Source: Auanema rhodensis
Taxonomy: Eukaryota > Animalia > Nematoda
NCBI GenBank assembly: GCA_964057225.1
Contig: OZ059900.1
Location: 13,578,001-13,642,000 of the forward strand
Length of the DNA: 64,000 nt
Reading direction: 5' to 3'
Part shown: piece after piece, positions 38,780 through 53,500 of the stretch
How positions within the stretch are numbered: position 1 is the stretch's first letter
Layout of the letters: each line of letters starts with the position of its first letter
The notes under the pieces: model-generated
The model's input: only the letters and a program-made list of their open reading frames with translations
Told to the model about the DNA's origin: nothing
Databases searched by the model: none
Position numbers and translations under genes: made by a program

Positions 38780-39860
38780 CAATCGAATCGTTAGGTGTAT
38801 TTTTCGAATGAATGACATTGTTCATAAAGAATCAAAACGATATACATACTAAAATATTTGCATTTTGTATAATAATGCATAAGTATGAAAATCCTCTATA
38901 AAATAATCATGTACCTTGATGGATAAAGAACATTGTGAGCAGTATTCTCAGATTCTGACTCAGTGCACGTGTTTGATGAAAATGAATCACTCTGAAACAA
39001 TTATATTAAGATATTTGAAATTTTCAAAAAATTGAAATACAAATAAACTATTTTCTAAATCTGCCTGGAATTTCTTGGGTGCTTCAAACCTAATGTTATT
39101 AGAGTGATTGCAATACGTGGAACGAGAACCGTGCGCTAAAATATAAATAAAGAATAAACATGTTTCGACTTTTAACCATATGCATCTTCAGTATGTATAA
39201 CTCTAGGCTTGATGATTCTTTTTTTCTTTTGTCCAACGTTACTGAAACAAAAATGAATAATGAAGTATTAGAAATTGAAAAACAAGTTTCTGATAAACGA
39301 ATATAAATAGTATCACATCCTGAATCACAAAAGTTATAACTCTCTATTCATACTTTTTCTTAAAACAGGTTATGACTTCTTTAGTGAACTTTTCCTCAGT
39401 GATATGCAAAAAACCTAAATTACAACCAATAAAATGAAACTTAACAAGAACTTTTCTCACTCGTATTTGAGCATAGATGCCCATTTGAGTATGGATACTC
39501 TTTATATTTAATGGGCACAGATCGATAATTAGGTTTCGAGGTGAGTACACAGTGCGCTAAAGAACAATTTAAAAATAGTTTCGAAATCAATCTCACATTG
39601 ATGTTGAGTAAAGTGTTTCTCAGTTCGTATCATATCTCTATAAAACACAATTTCAAAGAGACATTGCTTTTTCCTGAAAATAAAAATCTAGGATTAGAAT
39701 ACTAAGCGAAAAAAAATGTTTCACTAGAAAATTATCAATATTCTCTTCATCTTTTTGTAAGAGTGTGAGAAGAGCTTAATAAACAATGCAACTATTTGAC
39801 AAGCTGTTGAGCTTTGTCATTCTTTTTGCTGTATTGCATGGTTACAACATTTCAACAATC
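38780..39860 (-). other. Possible poorly conserved multi-exon gene
   Basis: Regularly spaced AG/GT pairs around short open exons (e.g. HCVLTSKPNYRSVPIKYKEYPYSNGH, SDSFSSNTCTESESEN). No complete model or homology established. Confidence 0.3.
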
Positions 39861-40426
39861 TTTGCTTAACATAGTTATTAAATAGAATGCAGTTGTATTA
39901 TACTTATATTTGATTCTAGATAAATACATAGAAACTTTGGATATCATGTTACTACAATATATATTAAGCAGTCTGTCAATTACTAAGTCAAGAATTTTTT
40001 TGATGAAAACGTTTTCTAACTATTGTATTTCTATTTCAGGAGAGGTGATGAAAAAGTTATATACTTCTTCGTAAAAGACTATAATACAACTTTCTAAAAC
40101 TATACTGGAATTATACTAAAAATGCGTTTTCCAAACAAATTCTTTTACATGAAATGTCAAATATCTTGCTTTATCTTAAATTTTTTTAAAATATTTTTCA
40201 AATTGTATAATTTCTTCAGTTCTTTTTCAAAGTGTCATAGGAATCGGAGTAACATGGTTTTTTAGACAACTAAGAGTTTGACTCTTGCAATTTGTTTTAA
40301 TCCATATTGCGTTTGACCTATTAAATAATGTGAACTCCCTTGCTAGGTCAATCAATATACTTTAATGTTTTCACGCCATTCTTAACAACAAAAGTGACCA
40401 AAATTTATATATTTATGTAAACTTTT

Positions 40427-42030
40427 ATGTCGTTATCAAATGTCAAAGCTTATTTATTATTTTCAAAAAAAAGAGCTCATGAAATATCGAAAGAAAATGG
40501 TAATTTTTAAAATTATTTTATCTTTTCAATATAATATTTAATTTTGCAGAGCAACCCGAAGTTGATGGCTTCATATTAAAAGAGAATGAAAATGAAACTG
40601 ATTCGCTTCCTAGTCATTTGACAGTGGAAGTTCATCATTTCATTGGTTTCATTTTCTCAATCGTATCATACTTTTTTGATTTTTGCACAGATATCTTAGC
40701 GATTGTTGTATATTTTGTGTCGGAGGAGGTAACTTCGTTTGATTAGGTTTAGATGTTAATCAAAGTTTTATAAGTATGGGTACGCTTGTGTAATGTTGGC
40801 GTTTATTGTACCTTCAATGGCAGTCACAAATATTTTATCATATCAATGGTTATACTATGATGAGAGAAATCAGTCAAACAATGGCTTAAGAAGAACAAAT
40901 TCAAATAGGTACACTCATTTCTTGTTACGGATACTGAAAGCAAATGTTTGTGTTTATGAAAATATATAATTTATTGTTATATGTCATTATAGCTGGGACC
41001 CGTATGGTGGAACTTCAAAGCCGTTCAAAATGCATGGAAATTCAAAAAAGAATCGGATCAAAGAATAAAAAAACGTTTATTCTGCCAAATGATAGAAGCT
41101 GAACGTGATGCAACACTTCTTCGAGTTATTGAAGCATTTCTGGAATCTGCTCCTCAAGTCGTTTTTCAATCTGTTATTTTAGTTCAAAACTACAAGCTCC
41201 AGATAAAATCACAACAGACAGCTTTAGATATTGGCAAGCTTTTTCAACATTCAACTACAACGTAAATCTGTAATTTTCAGAACTTATTCAATTGATGTCT
41301 ATAATCATATCAGTTATTAGTATGGGATGGGCATTCTGTTGTCAGCATCGAACACTAAGAATGGTTCGCATGGATAAAATTAATATTCATCCTATTGAAA
41401 TATTGCTATTAGTATGTCAAAGTTATTAATATGTATTTTTAACTATTTGTTTTCAGTTTGTATGGCGTTTGCTTACAATGAGTTCTCGATTTATCTTCCT
41501 TGTTTTACTCATTGTCTTTTTCGAAATGAATGCAATTTGGCTTTTAATGTTGCATTCTATTGTTTCATCGCTTCATATCATATTTCTACAGGTTTTAATA
41601 ATTTCATTCATTAATTTGTCATCTATATTTTCAGAACGTTTCAATAGAAGGTATTTCTAAACAATCTGAAACTGTTTTGACTGCTTGCAATATTGTTATA
41701 CACACTTTCTCACCATTCAATGCTGTTGATGGTCCAGCTAAATATCGTTATATTACCGCTTTTACAGTCGAGTTCATTGAAGCTTTAGTACGAGATGTTA
41801 AAAAAAATTATTGATTTTCATTGTTTAGCTATTATTCTCGTATTTATGGTGGTATGATTTAAATTCAATGGATGCACTGTTCTATACTGCTACAAGTTAT
41901 TTAACTTTGTTTTTTTCCGGTTTGATTTTGTAGATTTTATACATAAAATTTTTTATTTATTTCAGGAATATTCTCAATGGTGATTTATTATCGATTTCTT
42001 CATCCGAATCGCCGAAAACTATTTTCATGA
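40427..42030 (+). CDS. ced-8: XK-family phospholipid scramblase CED-8
   Basis: SYFFDFCTDI, LGPVWW, MIEAERDATLLRVIEAFLESAPQ, HRTLRMVRMDKINIHP, YYRFLHPNRR. Start codon tentative. Confidence 0.9.
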
Positions 42031-42733
42031 TCTAACCATTTTCTATCCAAATTTACATTATTAACTGGTATTTTATCATGAGCAATGTAATTATTCATGC
42101 ATAATATTTGAATAATAAAAAATGAATAAATTCTTGCTTTTATCTTATATTCAAAATAGTATGGTTTAAATTGTTTTTATTCTCAGAGCACTGTATGCAA
42201 CAATTGAATTGTGTGTGAATAATTCCCTATTAGATTTAAATTTTAAAATGTTTCATAAATAAGGCTGTTCGTATAAAATTGTTTAAAAAAATAACATAGG
42301 TTCTATACCGACAAGAAAACGCTTCTACGTTTGGTTAATTCAAATTAATCCATTGCTTAATTTATTTTTAATCCTTTCCTCATTCTTCTCAAATTCAAAG
42401 GAAACATTTTGGATTAATTGTTGAGATGAACGAAATGTTCAGTAATTATACAAGAGAGATGAATCTAATGGTTCTGTATTTTGCAGGCATCAATGGGATG
42501 TTTAAAGCAGTAAATAAGATGAGAATGGCATTTAGGGTATTACAATCTCATCAGTTTAATGTCTCACACTAATCCTCAAGCTATAATTGAATAGGAAAAG
42601 AAATCCTCATCACTTAACCGATACGCTTGCCAAAAGCAGCAGTGTCTAGTTTGAGCTCTCTCCAGCCAAGCAGTTGAAACGCTATATTTAATTATTTAAT
42701 TGTTACTTCATGTATAAACATATTTTTTAAGGA

Positions 42734-43604
42734 ATGGGATTGTGTACATCTAAACGTGAGTACACCACAGAGCTAACAGATGAAGAAGTTTCAGCCATTC
42801 GCGAAGTGTGGATAAGGTTTTTTTCTACAAATGTTCACAATTTAGAAATAATTCTGAATATTTCAGAGCTAAGATTGATAATGTTGGCAAAAAAATTCTT
42901 CAAACACTTATCGAGAAACGACCCAAGTTTGCAGAGTATTTTGGAATTCAAAGCGATTCATTGGATATAAAAGAGTTAAATCAAAGCAAAGAATTTCATC
43001 TACAGGTAACATAAATTGGTTTTCATTACTAGAGACACGTTTCTGCTTCTCAAGGCTCATCGCATTCAAAACTTTTTGGATACAGCAGTGGGCTCTCTTG
43101 GTTTCTGTCCCATTTCCAGTGTTTATGACATGGCACATAGAATTGGTCAGATTCATTTTTATCGGTAAATAACAAAATAGCTACAAATAAAATAATTTAT
43201 ACATAGAGGAGTTAATTTCGGCGCTGATAATTGGCTTGTATTCAAAAAAGTAACAGTTGATCAAGTTAACACAGGAGAAACTGATACAGGAAGCATTGAT
43301 TTCAAAGAAAAAACGGAAGAGAAAGAAGTTATAATTGTATGTTAGTCATGTAACGCAGTTATCGTTTTGGTGATTCAAAAAATGGAAGAAGTATTTTTAT
43401 AGAAATTAAACCCATACAGTGGAGAAAACTGCTTAGCACGCTTAGGCTGGAATAAATTGATGACAGTCATTGTAAGAGAAATGAAGCGAGGTATTCGAAC
43501 TTGTCATCATATATGAATTTAATGGTATTTATTATTTAGGATTCTTGGAGGAGGCTATGCGGAACTGCAAGGAAGAAGATAATAATGGCCTACTTGGTGC
43601 TTGA
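42734..43604 (+). CDS. Nematode globin with predicted N-terminal acylation (MGLCTS)
   Basis: LTDEEVSAIREVW, KRPKFAEYFG, FHLQAHRIQNFLD, HRIGQIHFYRGVNFGADNWLVFK, GWNKLMTVIVREMKRGF. Confidence 0.88.
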
Positions 43605-44573
43605 GCTTCCTATATTCTCATAATCATTTGAGTTTTCAACAACTGTTCAGTTAAACATTCTAAAATGTACTCAAAACAAATCAAATATAACAAAAATTGC
43701 AGAAAATAACTACAAACTTCTTTCTTTCATACATAAACATCTTTTTTGTATTACTCTTAATACTTTGTTATAGGTTGACTGAACTCAATTTACATTAATG
43801 TGAAAGCAAAACTATCAGATACTCTCCTATCTCAATGACAAAACGAATAGCTGTGAATAAATTGAATTGTGGCTTCTTGGAAAATGAATTATAATATTTT
43901 GTTACCGAATATATATTTGTTTAATTTCTGTTTACCATGTTTTATTTAAAAGTTTGTATTTAAAAGTTATAGTAATGTTCCTAATCAGTAATTAATACCT
44001 ACCTATAAATAACACTAGCTTATTATTATATAATTATATACAGAACATATACTGCTAATAAAGAAATTTAGAAGAAATCAATGATTTTGTACATTTCAAT
44101 AAGTAAAGAAAATTTTTTTTTGTTGAAGAGTAAAATATATGAAAAAGATTTCAAAAGACAATCAGCAATTGTTCTTAAAATTTTGTTACGAAAATAAAAC
44201 ATATAGAGTTCCTCTGAGCGTTACCATATATGTCGTAAATGGTCCTAACACGATTGGATTCAAATAGCACAAAGAGCGGTCAATATTTTGCGGACAAATA
44301 TAAGTAATGATGAACACTTGAATATATCATATATGTATATATATATGTATGTATATTATATGTAAACAACAATACTGGAAAATTTAGAATCCTTCATATT
44401 GTTTAAAATCATTTTTAGAATTGAAATCAGAAATGATACATTCGTTTTGCTATTTTATTTTGGTGTTAATAGTTTTTCGATAACTCTTAATAATATATAG
44501 TTGTTCAGGCCTCATTTTTGTAAACTCGGTATTGAATAACAATAAAACAATATACATACACCAACACATAATT

Positions 44574-47500
44574 ATGGTACATCAAGTAATACTTGGAGCA
44601 ATAAATAGAGACGAATATGCCAGCGATATTGGTTCTGTGGAAGGATTTGTTTTCATGGTGAGTTCGATTAAGCAAAGTTGTTCTCAATTTTCAACTTATT
44701 TTATTGTTAAAGGCTTGTGCTATCGGAAGTGATATAGCTGTTCTGGATGCAAATTTATCACGAATACAGGTTAATTCAATATTTCATGTCGTAGCAGTAT
44801 GATTTATATGTTTTAGTTGTTACAACCGATTACATGTGAGCAACTTGTCTCTCCCAAAATTAGTTGTTGCTACGATACAGGAAAAGTTTTTTTCAATTCT
44901 GCAACATGCTTTAAACTTTAATTTCTCAGATTGCTGTAGCATATGGATCTTTAATTAGAGTGTTTGAACCAATGAGTACTTCATCATTATTAACAGAAGA
45001 CAGAAATGATACGGTAAATTGATGAAACTTTTCTGTGATAAAGCATGTTATAGGATCAATTGTATCAATGGATCTTATCTGAGGAAATACCTACCGAATG
45101 CCAAATTGATTCAATCCTTTGGAGTTTGGAAGGTAATTTCACTAACTGAATTTATTTGAAACTGTTGAAATCTGATTATATTCTTACTCAACGAACTTAA
45201 GGTCTCCGTTTGCTAGTAGTACAACATCAATTAATATCTTTATATCAACATGATAGCGTGCAAACTGTTGCTAAAGATAATGAATGCGGCAAAGTATAGT
45301 TTTATTCTATTTTTGAGTATTTATGCTGATGTTTAAGAGCAATTGGGAAGTAGTATGGAAAACTGAATTAGCTCAAGCTGTGAAATTCGTACAGTATAGT
45401 CCGGATGGAGTATTTTTGGCTGTTGCAAGCGAAGATAATCATACTGTTCGAATTTTTTATCAAGAATTAGTGAATGAAACTGAATTGGCTTTCAATTACA
45501 TTCTTTTGCATCATCCTGAACCTGTAAGAGGGTTCCAGTGGAGAAATTCGGGGCGTTACATTCCAAGGTTGTTTTAAATAGTTTGAGAAGCTGTAATACG
45601 CTTAGTTATAGAAAATCTATTGCTGCATCTTTAATAACATGGTGCGCTGATAATACATCACGCATATGGAGAGAAACTCAAACTACTGAGCTAGCTGCTA
45701 TAGAAGTGTCTGGTGATGGAGGTAATAATAATTTATTTACCATGAAATTTGTAATTATTTTGTAGGAGAACCTTTTTGGGAGCATATCAGATCACGCAAG
45801 TTTTTAGGCAAAGAAGTTCATCTCAAAAAAACAACCAGCCGAATTGTTAGTAAATTCAAAAAGATCGTGTAAGTATGAAGAAAAGAAAATATATAAACAT
45901 TGCTTTTAGAACCGAAAAGAAACGAAAATATAAAGATCGCAGTTCAAATTCTGATTCTTTACGTCCATCATTATCATTAATTGCTGTGTATCCTATTCCT
46001 CATCATTCACAGGGAAATGTGCAATTTCATTTAGCAGCCACAATTAATGCTGAACTTGGTATGAATATTTGTTTCAATATCTTTTTTATTTCCTCAATGT
46101 TCATATCCAGATTTTCCTCAGCAATCAGCAACCAACTTTCATACCAATAATAACAAATCCTTGTTTGTACATTGGCTAAATAATAAAGAACTCTCATTCA
46201 ATCTAGAATCAGAACGAATATTAATTGACGCACTAATGAAAGTTCTAATGCACACGAAATATGTATCCACAGGTATATCTACATTATTTCATCAACATAA
46301 ATTTGTAATTCTAGATTCCACGCAAAGTGATAGTTCAGATAGAGACGAATTAGGATCGTCATACAAATTAGAAGTTGAATGCAAAAAAGAGAAAACGGTG
46401 CGTTTGTAATGCGGGCCGTATTTTATTTTGTATAATTAGGATATCAACGTACAAAATGTGCTAGATACAAATATAGAAATGTTACTTCATCGATGGGAAA
46501 ATACAAGTGATATTATTTATGCAATATCTCCTATTGATGGAAGTTTGATGTTATGGTAAATGATATGATAATATTAAACTAATTATTTTCTATTAGGAGT
46601 GTGGATTGGTTAGATAATCCTCATCGTCAGCCGATTACATCATTTTGCACCCGATTTTCCGGTATAATTGATTGATAATTGCGAACATTTTATTTTTTTA
46701 ACAAACGTTCAGGCATTCTTTCTTTGTCCGATTTTCATACTCTGCGGCCAAATTTGAAAACATTTTGCGCTCATGAGCCTCTTTATCAAGTCTTGTTGAG
46801 ACATGATCACGATTTAAAGGATATTAGTACGTATTTCAAATGATGTACATGTAGATTTCCAAAATATGTTCAGACATGGAACAGTTTGTAGAATACAGAA
46901 ATAGACAGCACAATCTTTATCTACTAAGCAGTCATGACAACGGATCTTTGAATCTATGGGATATGAAATTAGATCAGAACAGTGACTTCAGTAGAGTACT
47001 GAATGTAACACATGTAGGCAGAATGTGTGGGCACAATCATGATATTAAAAAAGTTCTTTCATGTTTGCTCCAGCTGACTGACAAAGTTTTAAATTTAGAT
47101 AGTTACTCATCCTATTCTACCTTTCGTAATCACTTCATCTCGAAATGTGGAACTATCTGACAATATAAGCGATGATATGAATGTAGCGCGATTAATCGCA
47201 ATTTTTTCTATAAGTATATTTGTTTTAGAGTTTGAAAAGTTCTGAAGCAATACTATGGAAAACAAATCCCGTTGGACCACTTTCGAAAACAGGAGGACTA
47301 GAGGAAGTAGCTCGTGTTCATGAAGTTGTTTCTGCATATGAGCACTTTTGTTGGCTTCAACTTGATGCTCGTCTGAGGTTGGTGACTTTTAGATTAACGT
47401 TATATTTTTTATTATTAGTAGCTCCGGAAATAGTGAAATGAAAGAACAGCCAATTCCTTGTTTTGTTACTAATGTGGGCTTCGATTTCGTTTTTTATCAG

Positions 47501-50500
47501 GTTGATAGCATTTTTTTTGTAAATGTAGCAGTCTTTCATTCAGATTAATGTTGAAGAGCGAGAAACAAATGGGTCGCACAAGAATGAAGCAATTCTCACT
47601 GAGGTTGGTCGAATTCGTGATGCATTGAAGGTTGGTGTTATACGCTTGCTTTGAAAATAAAATGCATCTTTGTAGGCTGAAACAGAAATCAAATTTCTCC
47701 ATATATTCAGTAAAGCTCATTTGAAAAATATTATCAAAAATGAAGATAATATCGATAATAAAGGCTGTTATTATCTAGTTATAATTGATGAAGTTAAAGA
47801 AAAAAATAGGTGATGAACAAAAAACTGTTTTTATAATGTTTATATGTGTTTAAGAATGGTTATATATTCTCTAGACGTTTCACAAACAAATGGTTCATTG
47901 ACTTTATCGTATACATATAATTCTACTCAGCTTATTAAGCTTCCGGAGCGAGTAAAGGTGTGTTTATAATATATTTTTTCTCAATAATACTTTATTAGAT
48001 TAATGGTGCTGTTGCATCAATTGGTTCTGCATCGCTGGAGGCAATTTTACCTGTTTGTCCTGTAGCTTATCATTTAATAACTAGTTTAACAGGTGATTTT
48101 TTTTAAAAAGTTGTTATTATTGTTTTGTTCAGACAACAGCATAATGTTCTGGGAATTGAGTGCTGATAGCGAAAAAATTCATTTGAAAGAATGGAAAATG
48201 ATCACTAATAATAAGAGCAGCTCTGTTAAAATTGATGGTTTTTTCAATGAAAGTTATATAAATTAAATAAAATTTTAAGGAGATATACTAGCTATTTCTG
48301 CTGCGCACCATGCCTTGTTTTCTGTGGCAACTTTAAATCAAGATAAACAGGTTTTTTTTCTTAGTAACTAAAAGGCAATGATGAAAGTTAAGATATTACT
48401 CGAAGTATTTGAATGTGAGTCTACAGGTGGTGTTCAGTGGATCAAAGAAGATATTTTATTGTTTTCATCAACAGAAAGAGGTAACTTTTTTTTTTTTTGA
48501 TTGTGAAATGTCTTATGTTTAGACAATTCTCAAATATCTTTAAGCTGGGTGTCAAGTGAAGAAGGACGTTTTTTAATTATGATATCTATAGATGATGAGG
48601 TTCATTTTTACTGCAAGGTTTGAGACTTTTCAGAGCCGCACAAAAAATTTTTGTTTAAGACATCTCCCGATGAAGAGCAGAAAAATATATCTCTTATGAA
48701 AGAAAAAGACAGCTCTCTACGACGTTTATCAGTTCGAGAGGTAACTATACCAGGAGATGGAAATACGCAACAGGTATTTTTGATATTTTCATTATGGTTA
48801 TTAGTTTTTGATTTATAGTCCAAGTGGTTATGTATCAGATCTTTGAAACTATCAAATACAAACAGTTATTCCTCTGTTAAAAGTTGCTTTACAAGAGATG
48901 GCCTATTACTAATAGGTAGAAATCGCGAATTTAACGTATTTAATCAATGGGAACTGGAAGCAAATGGTTTAATGTAAAATTGAATTCAAAATCATTCTAT
49001 TACTTTATAGTATTTTATAGATCATATTCTGAACAGAATTTACAAAGGAAGAAAACTCAAATTGGTTCTAGTACTGTTTCTCAGGATATGTAAGTATTGA
49101 GTAGAATATCACAAAATCTATGCATTTTGAAGGTTTACTACTTGGATGCTCACAGAAAGCAGTTGCATAGGTAAAATTAGTGATGGGTTATTCGATGCAT
49201 CTTACTTCACTTCACCGTGTCTTCCGCAATACCATCCCAAACAACTTACAGCATTGTTAAACGCTGGAAAAACAAAACGAGTTAAAGCCATATTACTCAA
49301 TGTTTTGAAGTCACTTAAAGTTGGTCAATAGAAATCTTTAAAACATATTCAAGATCATTTCAGCGTCATGAATCATCACACACAACAGGTAGAAAGCCAT
49401 CAATGAGAAAACGAATGAGTATAGATGCGGAAAATGTTGCAGACGAAGTGAGAGAAGAATTATTCAAAGCTATCAAAAAGTTTTTTTTCAGCTGTTGCAA
49501 GAAGGTGCAACAGAAGGTTCTATGGACTATTACGAATTCAAAAACTTCTCTCCTGTTCCGATTCACGCTTTGATGGAAGTGGATGAGCTATCTTTGAATA
49601 CTCAAAAAACAAATCACTCAAGCGAAGTGCGTTTTGCAGTTTTAACATAATTTTGCAAATAATGTTTAGAATGGAAATTTTGGAGTAAATTTTCATTTGA
49701 TGGACGAATGTCTCACTGATGATGATGAATTCAATTTCGACGACGACAATGAAGATATGAATGACTCTTCTTCAGCCAATCTAAATGTCGATGATAAAGA
49801 TGAAGGGTTTTCAGTTATCTTCACAACTGATCACAACAGGTGCGTCTAACACAATATAAATTCATTATGATGTTGATTTAAAGACGGCTCACGGAGCTTT
49901 TGACTCATATTCATCTACCAGGATTATCATCGGTTGACCAGTTACATATGCTTGCAATCGCAGATACACTCAGTCATTTCTCAGGAGATATTATGGAGAA
50001 ACTATGTTCTGGAACAAGTTTGTTATAATTTAATCAAAACTGCAGTGAAACGTTTTTCTAATTATTTTCAGCAAACAACACTGGCAACAGTGTTGTAAGT
50101 ACTGTAAGCAGCTCGAGTTACCTTCAGTCTGATTATACTACAACAGCTAATGGCGTCGAAACAGTTGATGAATGTGGATTACGTTATTTAATGGCTATAA
50201 AACAGCATGAATATTTACTCATTTGTTTACCTCCTAAACAAAAATTGGAACTTTTCGTATGAATTTTTTTCTTAATATCAAGTATCTTCTTGTTTTCAGA
50301 AGCAAGGTCTTTCATCATCCAATGTTATATGGGCTTTGCATTCTGAAACTGAGCTTGAAATATTGAAAGCCACACCAGCATGGTCTAAACCTTCACCCAC
50401 ATGGGATGATATGCGTGCAATGGGAATAGCTTGGTGGTTGAAAAGTCCTGCTACTATTCGTACTTGTTTGGAAAAGGTGAGATACATATTAGAAAACCCG

Positions 50501-53500
50501 ATATTTTATGTTTTGCTTTAAGCTAGCTAAAGCGTCTTTTCAACAAAATCAAGATCCTATGGATGCATCACTTTTCTATCTATGCCTGAGGAAAAAAAAT
50601 GTACTAACACATCTTTTCAAGGTATTTATTTTTTTAATAAAATAAAGTATATTACAAATGTAAACAGACGGTGCAGAACACACAAATGTATCAATTTTTT
50701 AACAATGACTTCGATCAAGATCACTGGAAGAAGGTAACAAAATTTCACATTTTTTTGATTGTTTTCTCTCTCTAGGTAGCTAATAAGAATGCTTTCGTTT
50801 TAATGAGTAAACAGCGATTCCGACATGCAGCGGCGTTTTTCCTCTTGAGTGGAAGTTTGAAAGATGCTGTGCAGGTTAAATCTTTTAAGCAATTTGATAT
50901 AAATAACTGGATGTGCTTAGATTATACTCAACAAATGCAATGATATTCAATTAGCAATCGTGGTTATCCGTGTGTATGAAACTGATATTGAAAAACAACA
51001 TTTGATACTGAAAGAAATATTATGCAGGTAAATATTTTGTACCAAGTTAAGCTTATAGGTCAAAAATTTTCAGAGAAGTACTTAATATTACTGTAGAAGG
51101 TTTTGATGCAGCTCGATCTAATCCAGAAATTTTGGAAAATATGGAAAATTTAGCGTTTGTTGCTTTTCATGAAGTGTGATTCAAATTTCAATTATTTTAA
51201 GTGATCCGTTTGAGAGATCGATGGCGTATTGGATTTTGAAAGATTATTCACGTGCTGCTAGTACTCTCTTGAATGTGGCCGCAAATAACACTTCAGATCA
51301 CCGATATCTGTCGGATATATTCAATTTTTATTCTTATCTTCGAAAACATCCGCTTGTGGTTCGCCAGAGATTAACTGATAACGGTGCTCAGATAGGTTCA
51401 ATCGAGAAATTCATTGCAGTGGGGAAAAACTTAGAAAATGTGATACTTCCCGAAGAGCGCAGGTGAGACAAACGAGATATTGTGTTTCCTATTCATAAAA
51501 TGAATATTTCAGATTATTCTTCCAATCTGCAGCTAAACATTTAGCTTGTGGCTGTCCTATGCTAGCTCTCGAAATTCTCAGCCGTCTTCCTGCTAATCTA
51601 ACTGTTCTAGAACCTTGCGTAGGACGCCGCTCTTTCAGTATATCTATTGATGAGGAAGTAAGTCTTAATGTTTTTTTGATTCGTTACTTTGTTTTTCCCA
51701 TTGCTAGGTTCCTTTTTTGGACATTGGCTCTTCTAATAAGGAACAGGTAAAAGTATTTTCAGAAATAGTGTTTTAATTTTTTATTTCAGTCGTCTGGCAA
51801 AGGATTGTTTGATTCTACAGCACAATATCTCAAAATTGTGGCCTGTTTAAGAATACTTCTTGAAGAATTTTCAACTGTAATGAATCGATTCAGTATTTCC
51901 GAAATGGATATGAGCGAAAAGGTAATTTACTATGCGATAGATAATATACTATCAGTGCTTTTTAGTTTCTGGTTTGGTTTGAAAAAGAAGTTGATGTGTT
52001 TCGATCTGTTTGCAACGCCAATAAAACTGTTGATCTCAAGTACATACTGTTTAGGTTTGTTGTTTAACTAGTTTTGATGTTGATTAAGGATAACAAAAAT
52101 GTTTTTTCATAATTATAGGAGTTTCTATTTGTTCTCAAGTCTTCATTCCACCGATGATTTAGCTCTCAGTTCAGCTTTAACAGAATTGTCCATATTGTTA
52201 CAGAAATACACAGAAGAAGAGAAAGCTCTGAGTAAGAAAACAAAACGATTTTGGTATTTTATGTGCATAATTGAAGAAAATTGGTCTGTTATGTCTTCCT
52301 TATTTGTACCTTCACCTGCACAGTTGATTCAACGGAAAACAAAAGATTTATTATTCTCGTTGTGCGATATTAAGCTTGTTCCACATGAAGCGATGGATTC
52401 ATCAAGGGTAAAGTTTTTGCAAAACTGATTTTTAACTTGCATTTTCAATTCATAGTGTCATATGCTATTCAAACAAAGCCAAGCGCTATCATCGTGCGTT
52501 TATCAAACACTTGCAAATTTAAATGAATGCAGTCTTCCTACAATTTTTGATGTAGTTATTTCTCGGTTAGTATTCCTTAAGACCAAAAAATAAAACAGTA
52601 ACTCGTTTTTCAGGGAAGATTCTGGACCAAATAATACTGTTATCGAGAGGAAGAGTTACCGGCCAAAGAAAATCATAATTGAGAGTTTTGTTGCTATTTC
52701 CATGTGAGTACTGATTGCAGTTTACGCACCAATTGCTTGTTACTTATTTCAGGTGTCTATTTTCCGTTTCCTTAGCGACACACAATACAAGATGGCTGTA
52801 TCGTTTAGCGTCGCAAACGCTTACTCGTCCTATATGTATTGCTCTATTTGGTGATGTTCTCTCAGGATCATGGATTCCTCCTACTCAATCAATACTTCAA
52901 TTTTTCGCAGAAAAAGTAATAAATAGGCTCTTCTTTTATTTTTACTTTGTAATTCAGGGAGCACCCGCTGATATTGATATTAATGCAGTTGATTATGATT
53001 CCGAAGCTGAAGAAGAAGAACTAGATGACGAAGAAAAAGAATTGAACAGGTCTAACTTATCACTGCAAAATCACAATTGAAAGCAATTCCGTTATAGAAT
53101 GGCTAGTCCGCTTAAAGCATCCTACGCTTGGCAACTAATGCGATTAGGATTGATCGAACAACAAAAGTATGTACTTAAACAACTGAGTTCAATTTTGGGG
53201 GCAGGTATTTTAAAAAATTGTATAACCAAAGTACTTTTATAATGTAACAGACGTCGTTTCGCTTACCAGTCATACCAGCTCCGTCTTCCAGTTTCTTGAC
53301 TCTTGGTCTTCTCAGGTATATTAGTTTTTTTGTGACATTTCTAATGTTTGCTAGATATTTTAGGTTCGACAACAATTATTCACAGTTAATGAAATTCCTG
53401 ACGAAATTATGAGATATGTGGTGGCGAACTTAATAAACACTGAATTTGCTAAAAAGTAAGTAAAATACTATTATTTTAGCATACATAATATAAATAGGTA

